Assembly (NCBI GenBank): GCA_965153355.1
Contig: OZ231126.1
Coordinates: forward strand, 39,742,001-39,806,000
Source of the DNA: Flaccisagitta enflata
Taxonomy: Eukaryota
Reading direction: 5' to 3'
DNA: 64,000 nt
The notes under the pieces were generated by a model, which saw only the letters and a program-made list of their open reading frames with translations, searched no databases and had not been told where the DNA came from. Both the position numbers and the translations under genes were made by a program. This document shows positions 14,500-29,384 of the stretch, piece by piece. Within the stretch, counting starts at the first letter, position 1. Every line of letters starts with the position of its first letter.

Positions 14500-15118
14500 C
14501 AGTACCTTCCAAGCAAACCCGGCTAAAACTGGAGGATTGATTTTTATAACCTTAATTCTATTTCCTTATCTTTGTTTTTTGTATCTAACCTAATTAAAGG
14601 ATACTTATTTCCTTGAACATATTTGAGTGTTAAAAAAAATAATTCCTGAAATCAGAGTCTATGAACACATCATTTTGAAGTCTTCTAACCAAGACCATTA
14701 AATTTGCCAGAAAATTTTACCTATCCTAGACAACAAGAACAGCTCAATCAGACAATTTTTACAGGTTTTACAGCTATTTTAAGTTTTTGGGGACAATTGT
14801 CTCAAAATAATTTAGGACAAATGTCCTTAAAAACTATAAATGGTCGTAAAATCTGAAATAATTATCTGATTAAGCTGTTCTTGTAGTCTAGGATAGGTAA
14901 AATTTTCTGCTGAATCCAATGGACTGGGTTAGAACACTCGATATTGATGTCTTCATGCACTTTGATTTCACAAGTTATTTTTTTTTGACAGCCAAATATG
15001 TTCAAGGAATTAAGTACCTTTTAATTAAGTTAGAAACAAAAAAAGAAGTTTGGGAAATGAAATTAAAGTAACTGAAATTAATCCTCCAGTTTTACCTGGG
15101 TTTGCTTGGATGGTCCTG
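14500..15118. mobile_element. Palindromic MITE (TA TSD, CAG...CTG ends)
   Basis: Diverged inverted arms cagtaccttccaagcaaacccgg... / ...gggtttgcttggatggtcctg folding around ~14810; TA flanks. Confidence 0.75.
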
Positions 15119-15197
15119 TATATGTTTTATAATTCTGATCCAAGATTTATATTCCTTGTGAAATTTCAAATCATTTGATACACTATATACACTATAT

Positions 15198-15507
15198 CTA
15201 AGCCGGATCAACAAGGCGCGGGGCCCTAAGCTAAGCCAGGGGCGCGGGGCCCCCTAACCCCCTATCTTTGCCCCCCCTGCTAACCCCGTTTTGCCCCCCC
15301 CTGTTTACTCAATAACTCAAAACCAGTGGATTGAAATTTTATCTAACATGCGCAACTTCCTGTCTGCCTAAAAGTGACAAATTTAAAAAACTTAAAACAG
15401 ATGAAATAACAAATTATGATATTTCCATTACAGTTAAATATATCAACTTTCTTTCTGTCTTTCTTTCTGTCTTTCTTTGTCTTTCTTTCTGTCTTTCTGT
15501 CTGTCTT

Positions 15508-15556
<49 letters not shown>

Positions 15557-15571
15557 GTCTCTGTCTCTGTC

Positions 15572-15626
<55 letters not shown>

Positions 15627-15747
15627 TTCTTTCTTTCTTTTTCTTTCCATTTTTTTTTCTAAGGGTGGGTGCTGCAGGCGCGGGGCCCCCCTGAGGCGCG
15701 GGGCCCTAAGCTATAGCTTTTTTAGCCTATATGTTGATCCGGCATAG
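15198..15747. mobile_element. hAT-type MITE (8-bp TSD)
   Basis: TIR ctaagccggatcaaca / tgttgatccggcatag (1 mismatch); TSD cactatat at 15190-15197 and 15748-15755. Confidence 0.8.
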
Positions 15748-15800
15748 CACTATATACTTTTATTAAAAAAATCTTATTTTCATATTTTAGACCACCATTG

Positions 15801-16272
15801 TTTTTAGTTGCGGACTCCCAACTCTATAAGAGGCTTACTCCGTCCGTCCATCCGTCCGTCCATCCGTCCGTCCATTGGTCTGTCCATCGGTTTGTCCGTC
15901 CGTCCGTCCGTCCATCTGTCCGTCCATCCGTCCGTCCGTCCGTCTGTTCATCCATCCGTCGGTCCGTCCGTCCGTCCGTCCGTCCGTCGGTCCGTCCGTC
16001 CGTCGGTCCGTCCGTCCGTCCGTCCGTCCGTCCGTCCGTCCGTCCGTCCGTCCGTCCGTCTGTCCGTCCGTCTGTCCATCCGTCTGTCCGTCTGTCGGTC
16101 TGTTCATTGGTCCATCCATTGGAAGCGGTCATCGAGTTGAAAAGCGGGGAAACAAGCGTTTTAGATTCTTTTTGTGTATGTTTGAGTGTTGGGGGTGGTT
16201 TGGGGTTTTGATGGGGGTTGGATGCCTCTGCCTAACCATCCGCTACAATATTGTGACCCCACGTCACTTGTT
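15801..16272 (+). mobile_element. HINE-like element with expanded (GTCC)n
   Basis: tttttagttgcggactcccaact start, ~290-bp GTCC array, 3' stem gtgaccccacgtcac then ttgtt; similar copies at 43227-43430 (-) and 62213-62460 (+). Confidence 0.7.
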
Positions 16273-17209
16273 GTTGTAACGATGACAAAGACAATGAAAT
16301 TTTTTTTCTCATCAAAATGTATAGTGTGATCTATCAAATGATTGGAAATTTCACCAGGAATGTAGATCTTAAGTCAGAATTTCAAATACATAAATCTTAA
16401 TGATTTATATCAATTATTTCACCAATTTGGAACGTTTTAGTGTCTTTTGCAAAAATTTTAAGGGAAATTTTTTTTTTAAGAGTCAATATCTATTCTCTCT
16501 CATAAAATGTACTTACTTATGCAGGTCATTACCATCGGGGATTTTTTTGAACTCGTATCGAATTAAGGCCCACTGTGCAGAAGAGAGTTTCGCAGTCTGA
16601 TGAATTTTCAAGAAATTCAACGCCGAAAAAAAGGATGAAATGTTTTGTGGTTTCTATTCGATTTTTTTCTTTTCTTGATTCAGCTGACTCCTCAATTTCG
16701 ATGGCGATTGGTTCTGGCATTTTCATGGATTGCAACGTTTCTTGACAGACCAAATGACCGACGGGATCATCTTGAACTAAACCGGATATTCAGCGGACGG
16801 TTGGGCAGGGGCAGTGAAGCAAAGGCCACTTTTAATGAAACGATGTTTCTTGCAGACGGACCAACGCACGGACCGACCAATATAGAAATGTATTAACAAT
16901 TTAACATCGCGTGGCCTACCGCAACATCATTCAAGTTGGTGGATGTAAACACTTAAACAGCCTGTCGTACTTTACTTTCGTACTGTTCCTTCCTCGGGTT
17001 TGTTTTCATCGTCGTCTTCTAAACATTTAAATGCAGATCTTTTCCGGCGCTTTTTACGCACAGAGGCTCTTAATTGCATCATAAAGCATATTCCGCCTAG
17101 TCATCCAAAGAAGAGTTTTGAATATGAATCCCTTTAGTGTGATTGCTTGTCTATGGGTTCGTGGAGGTTGTTATGGACATGGTGGGGAAGGGGTTCCTTT
17201 ACAACAAAC

Positions 17210-17306
<97 letters not shown>

Positions 17307-17509
17307 GTTCGTTCATTCATCTTTGAGATTGGGCACCAAAAATTTCAAATTGTTCATTCTAATTTCCGAAGCTTTTTGCGGCAAATCTGGCGGGACTTTT
17401 GGCATGGAACTGCGCCAATGATAACAATATCGCTTTTTCTCTTTCTCTGTCTCTTTCTCTTTCTTTGTTCCTATTCCTGTCTCTGTTTCTTTTTCTGTTT
17501 TTGTCTTTC

Positions 17510-17643
<134 letters not shown>

Positions 17644-18599
17644 AATCTTCTTTTTCTTTGATTGCATGCACGCGTTTTTAGGTGTGCGAGTTTGTTGGTT
17701 GGTACCCTGTCTGGATCGGGGACGTATAGGGGCCACCTTGGGCTGGTTGCTCCGTTGGTCCGTCGGTCAATCGTTAGCTTTTTTTTTTTTTTTTTTTGCG
17801 ACGCAAAAATGGAGGATGTCATAACTTTTCGAAAAAATGTTTCCATGACTCATTCCTTTCGAAATATGTAAACTTTTGGAAAAATATATTTTTCTAGCCT
17901 AAATTTGTTCCGGAGACTGAGCCGAGTCTTTTTTCCTTCCTTCTCTCTCTCTCACTTACAATGTCAATGTAACGAAGTCGAAAGAAAAGTTCTGTTACAA
18001 AAACGGTGAGATGATTTCTGGAGGAGCAAGGTGAAGCGGGAGGGGTGGGAGAAGAGAGAGAGGGAGGCGGAGGAGGAGTTGGAGCAAGATGATGAGATGG
18101 GAGAAAAGAGGGAGAAGGAAGAGAGGAAGAAATGATGTTTGTTTGCTACCTTTTTTTCCAGAAATTTTTTGGGGGAATTTTGACTTTGTCCCCTTAGAAT
18201 TTCCTTTCGATTCGCTTTGGAGGGAATACCAAGTGAAAACAAAATCATAGTCGTGCGATCTATAGGCTGCACTATGAAAGCTGAGCGACTCAAGGAATGC
18301 AAATGTCCTATGTTGGCAAAAAAGCCAATTGTATTTCTTATAAGTGTTCATAGATGTCCCCGTGATTGTTTCTGCAGGAACTTACAATGATTTATAAAAG
18401 AGCATCCAAAAATTAGCCCCCTCCTCATCTTCCTTACTCCACCTTACAAATCTTCAGCTTCTCTTCTTCTCTTGATGATTGAGAACTAATTTCATTGTGA
18501 ACCGCACTCTGTAATTCACTTTAACTTTGCTCTTTTGAATTTTTTTTCTATTTATAAAATTTTTTTGCATGAAAGCTTAAAAAACCTAAAGACTTCAAA

Positions 18600-19400
18600 T
18601 GAATGATATAAAATTTCTTAAAATGATAAAAATGACAAAATTGACTAGAATTAAAAAGATAACTTAAAATGCCTTAAAATGACTTTGAAAAACTTAAAAT
18701 GACGTAGAATGACTTAGAACGACTTAAAACAACAAAAATAACTAAAATAACAAAAATGACAATAATAACTGAAATGACAAAAATGATTAAAATGACAAAA
18801 AATACTATATAACAAAAATGATAAAAATGACTAAAATGACTAAAATGACAAAAATGACAAAAAAAAAGAAGGACAAAAATGACTAAGATGACAAAAAGGA
18901 CAAAAATGACAAAAATCATTAAAATGATTAAAATAACAAAAATGACAAAAATGACTAAAATGACTAAAATAACAAAAATGACAGAAATGACTAAAATGAC
19001 AAAAATAACAAGAAAGACTAAAATGACTAAAATGAAAAAAAAATAACAAAAATGACAAAAATAATGAAAGGGTCTAAAATGACTAAAATGACAAAAATGA
19101 CTAAAATGACAAAAATAACAAAAATGATAAAAATGACAAAAGTGACAAAAATGACAAGAATGACAAAAATGACAAAAATGACAAAAAAAAAACAAAGATA
19201 ACAAAAATTGACAAAAATAACAAAAATAACAAAAATGAATAAAATAAACAAAATGACTAGAATAATAAAAATAATAAAAATAACAAAAATGACTAAAACG
19301 ACTGACAAAACAAAAATGACTGAAATTACAAAAATGGTTTAAAATGACTTAGAATGACCTTAAATGACTTTACATTACATAAATAATAAAATTGACTTAA
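18600..19400. repeat. 9-bp minisatellite (aaaatgac[a/t])n
   Basis: ~800 bp of degenerate 9-mer units; source of the spurious FCH/VIF ORFs. Confidence 0.9.
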
Positions 19401-19496
19401 ATGATAATTTTTTTTTTCCATATCCCTTAACTTATCTCTATGACATATATGACATATATGATATTGTTCCACCTGTCATACCTCATCTTTATTTTA

Positions 19497-19702
19497 AACA
19501 AGGCCAGATACACGGCTACCGAAGTCGCGTGCGGGTGGGCAGGGGCCATATTTGACGTCACCAGATCATTTGGGCAGGAGCAGGAGCAGGTCAAAGAAAT
19601 AAAATCATAAAAAAAGTAAAGTGTGACCAACCAACCGACCAACCGACCAACCAACCGACAGACCAACGGACAAAGCGGGTTGTAGAGTCGCGCGATTAAA
19701 AA
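19497..19702 (-). mobile_element. HINE-like element (gggcaggagcag-type internal region)
   Basis: acaaggccagatacacggct..agtcgcgtgcgggtgggcagggg..(GACC/AACC)n..tagagtcgcg..aaaa; related copies at 23495-23705, ~9978-10140, ~32857-33077 and ~46470-46653. Confidence 0.7.
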
Positions 19703-21233
19703 TGTGTGTATATCCAATTGATAATCAGAATTTTTATTCATTATGATAAAACTGTATAGCAGTTAACATACAATGGCGAATGCCACTGGTTTACACAAAC
19801 TCGCGATGCTAGAATTGATGATGATCCCTGTTTTGACACACCGCGATCGGCGCTCGCCATCAGCAGAAATGGATAGCTGAGTTGCAATGAAATTTCCATG
19901 TGGATTTACGCAAAGGCTAGCCAAAACTGTACCATAAAACTATATATCTGGGTTCCTTTTTCAATTCTCCACACAGTGATGTAAAAATTTCCGTGGCAAA
20001 AGGCGGCAATGAAATTTTTTTTCTCTCCCATAGGGATGTACACAATTTCTGCACATTGAGACCATATCATCCATGCTAGATGCGCTCATAGCAAGTTGAA
20101 ACTTGACGATGACATCAAGAACACTTCTATTGACATTGTTCAATGGTTGTATTCAATAAGAAAAATACTGCCTTTTTTTCGCTAAATAAGAACCACTCGA
20201 GACAGTGTGGGCTGCCTTCACCCTCAACACACTCGCAAATGCATAAAATCAAACTGAGGACGGACAGACAGACAGACGGACACACCGACGAACCTATATA
20301 ATGGCTGATGGACGTTGAAACCCCAAATTCGTTTGTCTTGAACTTTGCTAAATACACATAAAAATCTAACAAAGGAAAAAAACATGAATGAATGAATGAA
20401 TGAACGAATGAATGAATGAATGAATGAATGAATGAATGAATAGATAGGTAAATGAAAGAATGAACAAGTGAATGAATGAATAAACGAATGAATAAATGAA
20501 AGATGAAGTAATGAATGAAAGAATGAGCGTTTGTAAAGAAATGAATAAGAGAGTGAATTACTTGGTGGCATGATCAGTATCGTAACCTGGCTGATTTCCC
20601 TCACGTCACAATATATTCTATTTATAGCCTTTTAAATCTGGCCTTAAAATTAAATCACGATTTCTTTCCCGGACATGAATCATAAATGATGACAACAAAA
20701 CAAACGTTTTTCTTCGGAGTTCCAACTTAAAGCGTAGAACACCGAGTTATGCTTAAGATCCATCATTGGATATAAAAGCTCTTACAACTTTCACAGAGAG
20801 CCTTCGATGGACATTTCGACATGTGATATTAACCAATCACTATTATTGTATCATATACTTACTTGGCCTTTTGACTCAGTGAATGCGTGTATGTGTACAT
20901 ACCGAAATGTGCAATTCATACTCTGGAAGACATGTATTTCAGTTTCATAAGTAGGTGAATAAAAGGAAGAGAACTGATGGAGCAACTTAGCAAAAAACCG
21001 TCCAGCTTGAAATTTTCCTAACAACTTTTTTTCCAATCTGCAATGTCATCTGTCTTCTCATTTTTTTTTAGCTTTTATCTTTTTCATGTTCGTTCTTTTT
21101 CTTTTTTTTTTACTTTTTAGGTGCGACAAAGCACCTCTATAACTGGCTGTGTCCGTCGGTCTGTCTGTCGGTTGGTAACGCATTCGTTCGACGATCCATG
21201 GTCTCAGTTTTTCTCGTCCTGTTATTTTTCTTG

Positions 21234-21402
<169 letters not shown>

Positions 21403-22537
21403 TTCTCTTATATATCCATGTATCCTCTCTTCCTGGCTTAGTTCTCTTTCTTCGCAATTAGTCGAAAGAAAAAAAATATGTTGGTTTTCAAAACTTTTCA
21501 TTTTTAAAGTTTCATCTTTCTTTAATTTTTTTTTTCAATCATTGCACAGGAGGTTTGTTAACAGAAAACAAGGCCAAGTAGGCCAATAAGGTGCGACGTG
21601 AGGATCGTCGAACGAATGCGATACAGACCGACAGACAGACCGACCGACCAACGGACAGAGCCAGTTTTAGAGGTGCTTTGTCGCACCTAAAAAACTTTAT
21701 CCATATTTCTTCAATGGATATGCGCGGTTTTCTTTTTGTCCTAAAGGAAAATATTCCAGGTAGGGCAGAGGTGAGCGGGGGCACCGGGGCAGTAATACAG
21801 AAGCTTTTTGGGTCATCAAGTAGAGCCTATCATAGAGCCAGTGACGATGCAAATAGACACTGGTCCCGACCTAAATTGTTTTACGGGTCGGGGGAGGGGG
21901 GACTATCAAGTGAGTGCGGCCAAAAAAGATTTTTACATTTGGTCATGTGAGCCGGGTGAGGAACAATCCCTTTCACGCGCGAGGCGGATATCGCTGCACT
22001 CCTGACACACTTCCTTGGCATCTTTCAAAAATGATTCATTCACAGCTCCGGTTCCTCCGGGCCACCTCTCACTGAGAGGCTCTCAGCCAACTATGTAATC
22101 ACGAGACGTTTCATCAAAAGTTCCAATTTTAATGCGGTGGTTTTGTGCTTGCGGCCATACAGGATGTTTTTAAACGACAGGAAGTAAGTGAGGTGATTGG
22201 GGGCTCCTAGCCATTGAGATTATTTGAATTTGTAAAGGTAAACTCACGTCTGAATGACAATGGCATTGAAATCGTCTCCTCTCCTCAACAAACAAAGCGC
22301 CATCAATGTTTTTTCTTGCTGCTTAATCCAAGTGCGGTACTTTAAGTATCCTCTGGTTAGTCCGGTATGTGCTCGGTCCGTAAGTCAATGGCAGCAGGCG
22401 AGGTATTTCATCACAGAGAGAAACAAAATCTAAGTCCAACCCCTAAAATGTTTCAATCCGCTGTTTTCTGGGATTGGATAAGTGGCTGTGTCCTCATGCC
22501 TGTCTCTAATGTCTTGTCAGCCGTCTGTCCGCGTAGA

Positions 22538-22645
<108 letters not shown>

Positions 22646-22728
22646 TCTATTTATGACGTTCATCGGTCTCAAAGTTCCTTCTATTTCGACATCAACAATT
22701 TTCATCCGAATTTCAACAAATGTTTTCT

Positions 22729-22829
<101 letters not shown>

Positions 22830-23364
22830 CGGATAAGATTCAAAATCAAATCTTACCATCACGATTTCGTTCATTGCGCCTCATCGAGTAACCAAATTCA
22901 TTTACATATCATGGTTTCTCCATTCTGATAGTTTGGGTCCCAAAGCGAAGAAGCACTTCAATAAAACATTGAAAACAAAATTTTATCACATTTTTTTTTC
23001 AACTTTCTGGTCACGTGACTCAAGGCACGTTCGCCGACAGAAACGTCACATCGCACAATTCTATTTAATTCTATCTCACACCAAATTCTCGTTTTTTATA
23101 GAGTTATTTCAATTCTCAACAATAATTTTGTATACATATAAACATATCATAGCAGGGTGTAGGAAAAGGCTCACCTTAACACTGATGGACAAAAAAAAAC
23201 ACGTATAAAGTATTTCTAGTTCGATCATTGCAATCTAATTTGTACAGTAGCGTCACGCAGGTACTCCAACTAAAATTTCTTTCTACAAGAAGATTGGTTA
23301 TATTGTGTGAACTAGAATACTTGTGCCAACTTTTTTTACACACCCAGTTACTAAATACGAAAAC

Positions 23365-23400
<36 letters not shown>

Positions 23401-26400
23401 ACCACCGGTCAACCATGCGTTCATCCGTCCTCATGTTGAGAGTCGACCCATCCAAAATCCCATCCGTCCATCCGCACATAGCATTCATCAGTGAAACAAG
23501 GCCGGATACACGGCTACTCCAGTCGCGGGTGGGCAGGTGGGGTATTTGAGGTCACCATAGCATTCGGGCAGGAGCAGTGAGGTCAGAGAATAAAAAGCCA
23601 TAAAAAAGTACAATGTGACCGACAGACAGATAGACCAACTGACCCATCGACCAACGGACGGACAGACAATGCGAGGTTTTGAGTCGCGTAGCACACGACT
23701 GAAAATCATTTTAGGTGAATCCAACTGAATTTTTTACGCTGCGGAATCACCTAATGCGTAGGATGACGTTCGTGAGAACATTTACTTCCTCATTTCTAAA
23801 CCACACTGCTCATTCATTAGTCATCACCCTTTATCACATTCATTTTTGTGTGATAATAAGACGAATGCAAATACCGATGAGAATTGGAGAAAGATATAAC
23901 GCATCAGCCATTGCTTTGGCCGATCCTTAAGATTGGGTTGAAGATTGGGTGAATATTGAGCAAATATCCTCAAACCTCAAAATAGTGTTTGGCTTTTAAG
24001 ACTCGAAAATTGTTATTTTTTTCTTGTTTTTTTTTTTTTAACTATAATTCCATTGATCCCTTTGTAATGCGACCAACAGAAACTCGAGGAGAACAAAAAT
24101 TTCTCCATGATGACATTTGCTGATGATGGTGAGACTAATACTCCCTAATTCCCAGCGTTCGCAAAATTAAGTCAAATTACAGACAAAACTATTAAGCTTG
24201 ATTTTGGACTAGTGCATCCTATCTTAAGATCTGACTGTACCCGAAATGATTTACAAAAATGTATTTTTAATTTCCACATGTCCAGTTTGTCTTAACACCA
24301 ATCCAAACAAAGGAGATTCGAATCGATTCAACATTAATAAAAAAATGATTACGACACAATGAAAATTATCGTGACACTACAGTTTCGCCAGGAGCAAAAA
24401 AATGGTCATTGTTTTTACCAAAAACAAATGATTCAACTGATAGTACATGTCACTTGGGGTAGTTAACAGAAAAAATTAATGCAAAATCTCATCAAACAAA
24501 AAAGTTAGTGAGTTTTCCTTTAAAAATGACTAATTTTATAGATTTCATAAATTAATATTAAAGATTTTTGAAATAGATACTAAAAATTGTCTGATCATAA
24601 TAAAAATTGACATACAGGTGGTTTGGTGCTTCATTTAACTTCCATAAAAATTTCATGACTTTTCCTTAACAGAGAGTGCCCCATTTTAAACTTTAAACAA
24701 AAAATATCCTTTTTTTCACATTTCTGTTGAATCTGACATAGGTGCACCCGAAATAACAAATTTGCATAGAAATTGAAAAATTGGAAAAACCGAAAACATC
24801 AGACGCTAGTAAATTACATTATCTCGGGTCTGATGTTTTTAAAAATGCAAAATATTCATCTATGTTCAAGATTTGTTATTTAGGGGATGAAAAATGTTTT
24901 TTTCAAAAATTTCAAATTTTACAATTTGGAATAGAAAAACTCACAAAATTGATACCTTAAATCAACCGATTGTTAAAAAATTTTGAATGCTAAAGGTTTA
25001 GTACTTCCTTTGACTACCATTCATGGCTTTACTCCAATAGGAAGTACCTCAAATGAATTTTTTAAAATAAAATATCCTCTTTTTGGAAATTCAATTGTCA
25101 GCTGACATTTTTTAAAAGGAACCGGATAAAAATATCCAAAATGCTAAAAATGATGTGGCAAAAAAGTTTTATATTAGTGTCAGATAGATATGAACAGCCC
25201 CTCAAAAAAAATTTGACCATATTAAAAAAACTGTGTTGGTAATAATGCAGTAAAGATACCTCTTTAAAACAATTCTCACTGTTTTCTAAGATTTTCCATG
25301 AAAATTTTGCAATTTTAAGACCATTTTACTGTACCAAGCATGCAATTTGAAGACTGAAATAGTATGAATGGGCTCACATGGCACATGTCAAAACAGATTT
25401 TTTGTTAAGAATGAATAATTTCATAGAAAGAAACGGTGCACATAAGAGATGAAACAAGAGTGTCAAGATATGGTTCATGATGTCTTACAAAGAATTCATT
25501 GGACATCATTGGTGATGACAATTTTCACGATGAGGACATTACAGACAACAAGCACTACAATTGAAGTGATGTTTATCATTTGATTTCATTAAGCAATGTT
25601 AGATTAAAGAAAAACGTAAATGCCCTCTGATCTTATTCCATAGAAAAAGGCTTCTCAACGACAACTATAATGGGAAATCTGCATATCTCTTGCATGAAAC
25701 ATATCAAAGAGGTGTAAATGACAAAGCGTGGTACAGCAAAAATGATTTATGAAGGTTTGTAAAACGAAATCATCGGGAATTGACTGAACCGGCATTGAAA
25801 AAGTCCAATGCAATAGGATAATTTTGTCATACCGACTCTCTTGTGCAAAAGTCAAGGCATACTGAGCCATTCTTCCTCTGTCCGGTTGAACAGTCTACAG
25901 AAATCGATTTCTTTTTATTCTTCTTCTCTTTTCTTTTTTTTTTTCGTTAGAGACCCGCAGAACGGATTTAACAATGTCGTGCAAAGCAACGATATCAGTC
26001 GCGTCAATTATTCTCAATCGTGCCAGTCATCTATTTCCAAGACCAACACCCAGCAAAATTATCATTATCTCAAATTCATGTTAATCACCCCATCATTACT
26101 CCGTCCTTCCAATTCACGGCAACCGTGCCATTTTGTTGCTGTCTGCATTGTTACTCCTTTTTGGGTAGCGGCCCCGAACGGGCCGTTGACCTATGCTTTC
26201 ACACATGGAGAAATTTCTCATCCTCCTTCTCTTCCTCTGTCCCCCGCTTCGAGGCCAAAATTCTAGTCCTGAGGCCCAAATTCTAGCCTTGAGACCCAAA
26301 AAAACTATGATGTGCTATCTGAAAACAAAGAAACAGCATAGGTCATTGGCCTCTTCGGGGCCGCTGCCCCTCTAACATTCACACATCCACATACGCTCAC

Positions 26401-27578
26401 ATAGGGGCAACGGGTACCGCTGACCATCTAACGCTTTTGCGACTATTTATTGTGAAAACGGAGGCTTTATCTGTTGGTCCGTCGGTCCATGCATCCGCCG
26501 GTCCGTCCGTCTGTGAGCACAATTCGGAAAGTAAAAAAAAACAGCGTTCTTTTTCTGTTTGTGTGAGTGTTGGGCTGGGATTGTGCTGTAAATGGTGGTT
26601 GGATGCCCCTGCCCATTCGTCCGTAACGATTTTGTGACCCCAAGTCATTGGTTTCTTTTCACTTTTCAAACTGTGGTTAAGTATCGTATGCTTCTACCTC
26701 CTTTCAAGTGGTCCAAATAAAAGAATCTCAGTAATCATGAATATTACACCTTCTGATTGATCATATTCATTCCTAAATCATTACTTATCATTTATCATGC
26801 CATGTCAATTATGGCATCAGTCTATTTCTTTGCAAAAATCAATTTCTTAAAAGAAGAGCTGCTTTTAGAGAGCCCTGGACGCATTTTCCGGTATCATTTC
26901 CATTTCAAAATGATCTATTTACAATAGATATTAGATATCGTGTGAATCTTTTCTCAATTTTCCTTTTCATTCCAGTTTTAAAATTGGTACGAAGATTTGT
27001 TATTGTAAGATCTTTTTAGAATGAGAGAGAATAAAAAAAGATTTGAACGAATGATACAAAACTGTCCACACATCCTTTGGATTAAAACGGATTTGATCCG
27101 AGGGTAGTCGGAGATATAAAATAAGCTTATATAAGTGCATTGGCCTTTAGTCAAGGCGCATTCTCTTTCCAGCAGCCTATGTCCGACTGTCCGAGGTCAA
27201 TATTTTCAAACATTATTTATCAGTGTATGTTGTCGTAAAGGACTGAGAACTTGTAATATTACATAAATTACAGTTTTGTGCATTTGCAGAGTCAATAAAG
27301 GTGTAGAGTTATGTTATGTTATGCTATGTTATGTTAAGCTTGGATGAATCGATGTACCGGTTTTTAAATCGTTCCCAATGAAGTCTTTTGACCAAGCTGC
27401 TCAATCAATTTTTTGAATTCTTTTCGTTACAACTTTTCAAACTGAACAACTTTTAAAATGATGACGAATTCTGTGAAAAGAAAAATGATGAATAAAGAAT
27501 CGCCATTCTGCCATGAAAAGAAAAAAAAATCTAAAGAGGCAGAAAAAATGGAAGGGAAACAAACAGCCTATCGATTGG

Positions 27579-27686
<108 letters not shown>

Positions 27687-28272
27687 GGCATGCCGACCCG
27701 TGAACCTACCACTTTTTCCAAAAGTAAAACTTGCCTTCACGTTCATTATTTACCAGATATTGCCTTAATTGTTAGATACGCCACAATCTCTTCTCGCTAC
27801 TCATCATCTCGTTCTGCCTCAACGGTGTCATTTTCCGCCTTTTTTTGCGCCAGAAGTGCCTTTCGTCGTTGTTGTCCGTCAATCTACGTCATAATTCACC
27901 ATCATTCCGTCATTCCTCATCATAAACGTCATTCTGCGCCAGTTCCCGCCAATTTCCGCGCCATCTGAGATATTCTTCGTCTCTCGCCGCCATTTGTCCG
28001 CGCCGGAAGTGCTTTCCATTGCCGTTGTGTGCGACCTTCCATGAAACGATCTCCGCGTTTAGCGCTGCTACCGTGGAATTGCTGAGGTGATTGTGGAAGC
28101 GGTGGGGGAAACGGAGCTTCTGGCGCCAGAGCTGATCATCCACTTTATCGACGAAGACAGGTTGTTAAATCAGGGAGGCCAACACTCGGCCTATTGAGAT
28201 TAGCGGAAGGTCGACTGTCGATTAGGAGAAAAACGTAAACAAGAGACGGACGCAAAAAGCGAAAAAGTGACG

Positions 28273-28613
28273 ATGAATGGACATTTGACTTTGACGCGGA
28301 AAGGCGCGGCCGTCGCCGGACGACACTCCATCATCCATGGCTCGTCCTCTTCCTCCTCATTCTCCCCTCCTTACGGCGCTTCCACCATGTCCGCCTCCTC
28401 CTCCTCCTCCCCCATGCATTCCACCTTTCCCCTGCGTGGTCGATTGCATCCCGAATCCTCTCGTCGATCTCTTCCACCGGAAATGATGACGTCGCCCAAC
28501 TCCTTGTCAAGTGCATCGTCGAGGGGACGCCCCCGCAGTTTGACGACGACAACGACGACGTCAAAATCGTCCTTGCAAAAGTCGCCCTCATTTAGTTATT
28601 CGAATCACGACAG
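28273..28613 (+). CDS. Candidate alternative first coding exon B of the DUSP gene (Ser/Pro-rich, MNGHLTLTRK...YSNHDR)
   Basis: GC-rich open frame from ATG 28273 (in-frame TAG upstream at 28201); donor AG|GTGAAG in phase 2 joins 41529 in frame (...HD-R-SRLSS). Confidence 0.6.
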
Positions 28614-28807
28614 GTGAAGATAAAAGATGAAAGATGGTCGATTTTTGTTGCGTCATGGAAAAGGATATATGACGCAAGATAACTTTTTTTTGCAGCTGAG
28701 GACCCATCAGCGAGGAGGAGAATGTCTTTGCTTTTAAGTATTTCCATGGCAAAGTGCATGGCATGGCAGGGCACATCAACGAACAGTTGAACCCGCTATT
28801 ACGGATA

Positions 28808-28876
<69 letters not shown>

Positions 28877-28983
28877 GAGAGAGAGAGAGAATGAGAGAGA
28901 ATGAGAGAGAATAAGAGAGAGAATGAGAGAGATCAGTTTATCCATCTATCTTTCCTGTTTTATTCTGACAGACGATTTGCATT

Positions 28984-29019
<36 letters not shown>

Positions 29020-29023
29020 ATCC

Positions 29024-29033
29024 TTTTTAAGTG

Positions 29034-29069
<36 letters not shown>

Positions 29070-29384
29070 TCTATAAGAGGTCATGAATGTCGGTCGGTTG
29101 GTTGGTCGGTCGGTCGGTCGGTCGGTCACGCAAACGTTTGAAATGCGCAAAACGGCTGATTCTGACATATTTCTTACTCTCATGCCTTTGCACATTCATC
29201 TTCATTCATTCATTCATTCATTCATTCATTCATTCATTCATTCATTCATTCATTCATTCATTCATTCATTCATTCATTCATTCATTCATTCCTTTATTCA
29301 TTCATTCCTTCATTCATCAAAAAACGTTATTCACAAATTCTTTATCAAGCGAGGCGCACTTATTGGCCTTAACTTGGCCTTGTT
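29024..29384 (+). mobile_element. HINE-like element, aagtgcgtcctc subfamily with (ATTC)n
   Basis: Closely similar to 48190-48535 (+) and 30711-30957 (-): GGTC tract, gcaaacgtttgaaatg core, ATTC array, subTIR gaggcgcactt, 3' stem ggcc...ggcc ttgttt. Confidence 0.75.

Larger units (their letters stand above)
13394..16577. mobile_element. Non-autonomous CACAGTG-terminated DNA transposon (Chapaev/Transib-like) with 4-bp TSD, hosting nested insertions
   Basis: TIR cacagtgggcctta..gatacgagttcaaaaaaatcccc..tggt (left copy split by an insertion) vs 16531-16577; TSD caga at 13390-13393 and 16578-16581. Confidence 0.8.

Noticed and set aside
21750-22200. GC-richer stretch with coding-like minus-strand frames
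   Set aside because: Interrupted by stops, with no recognisable motif; probably decayed TE sequence.
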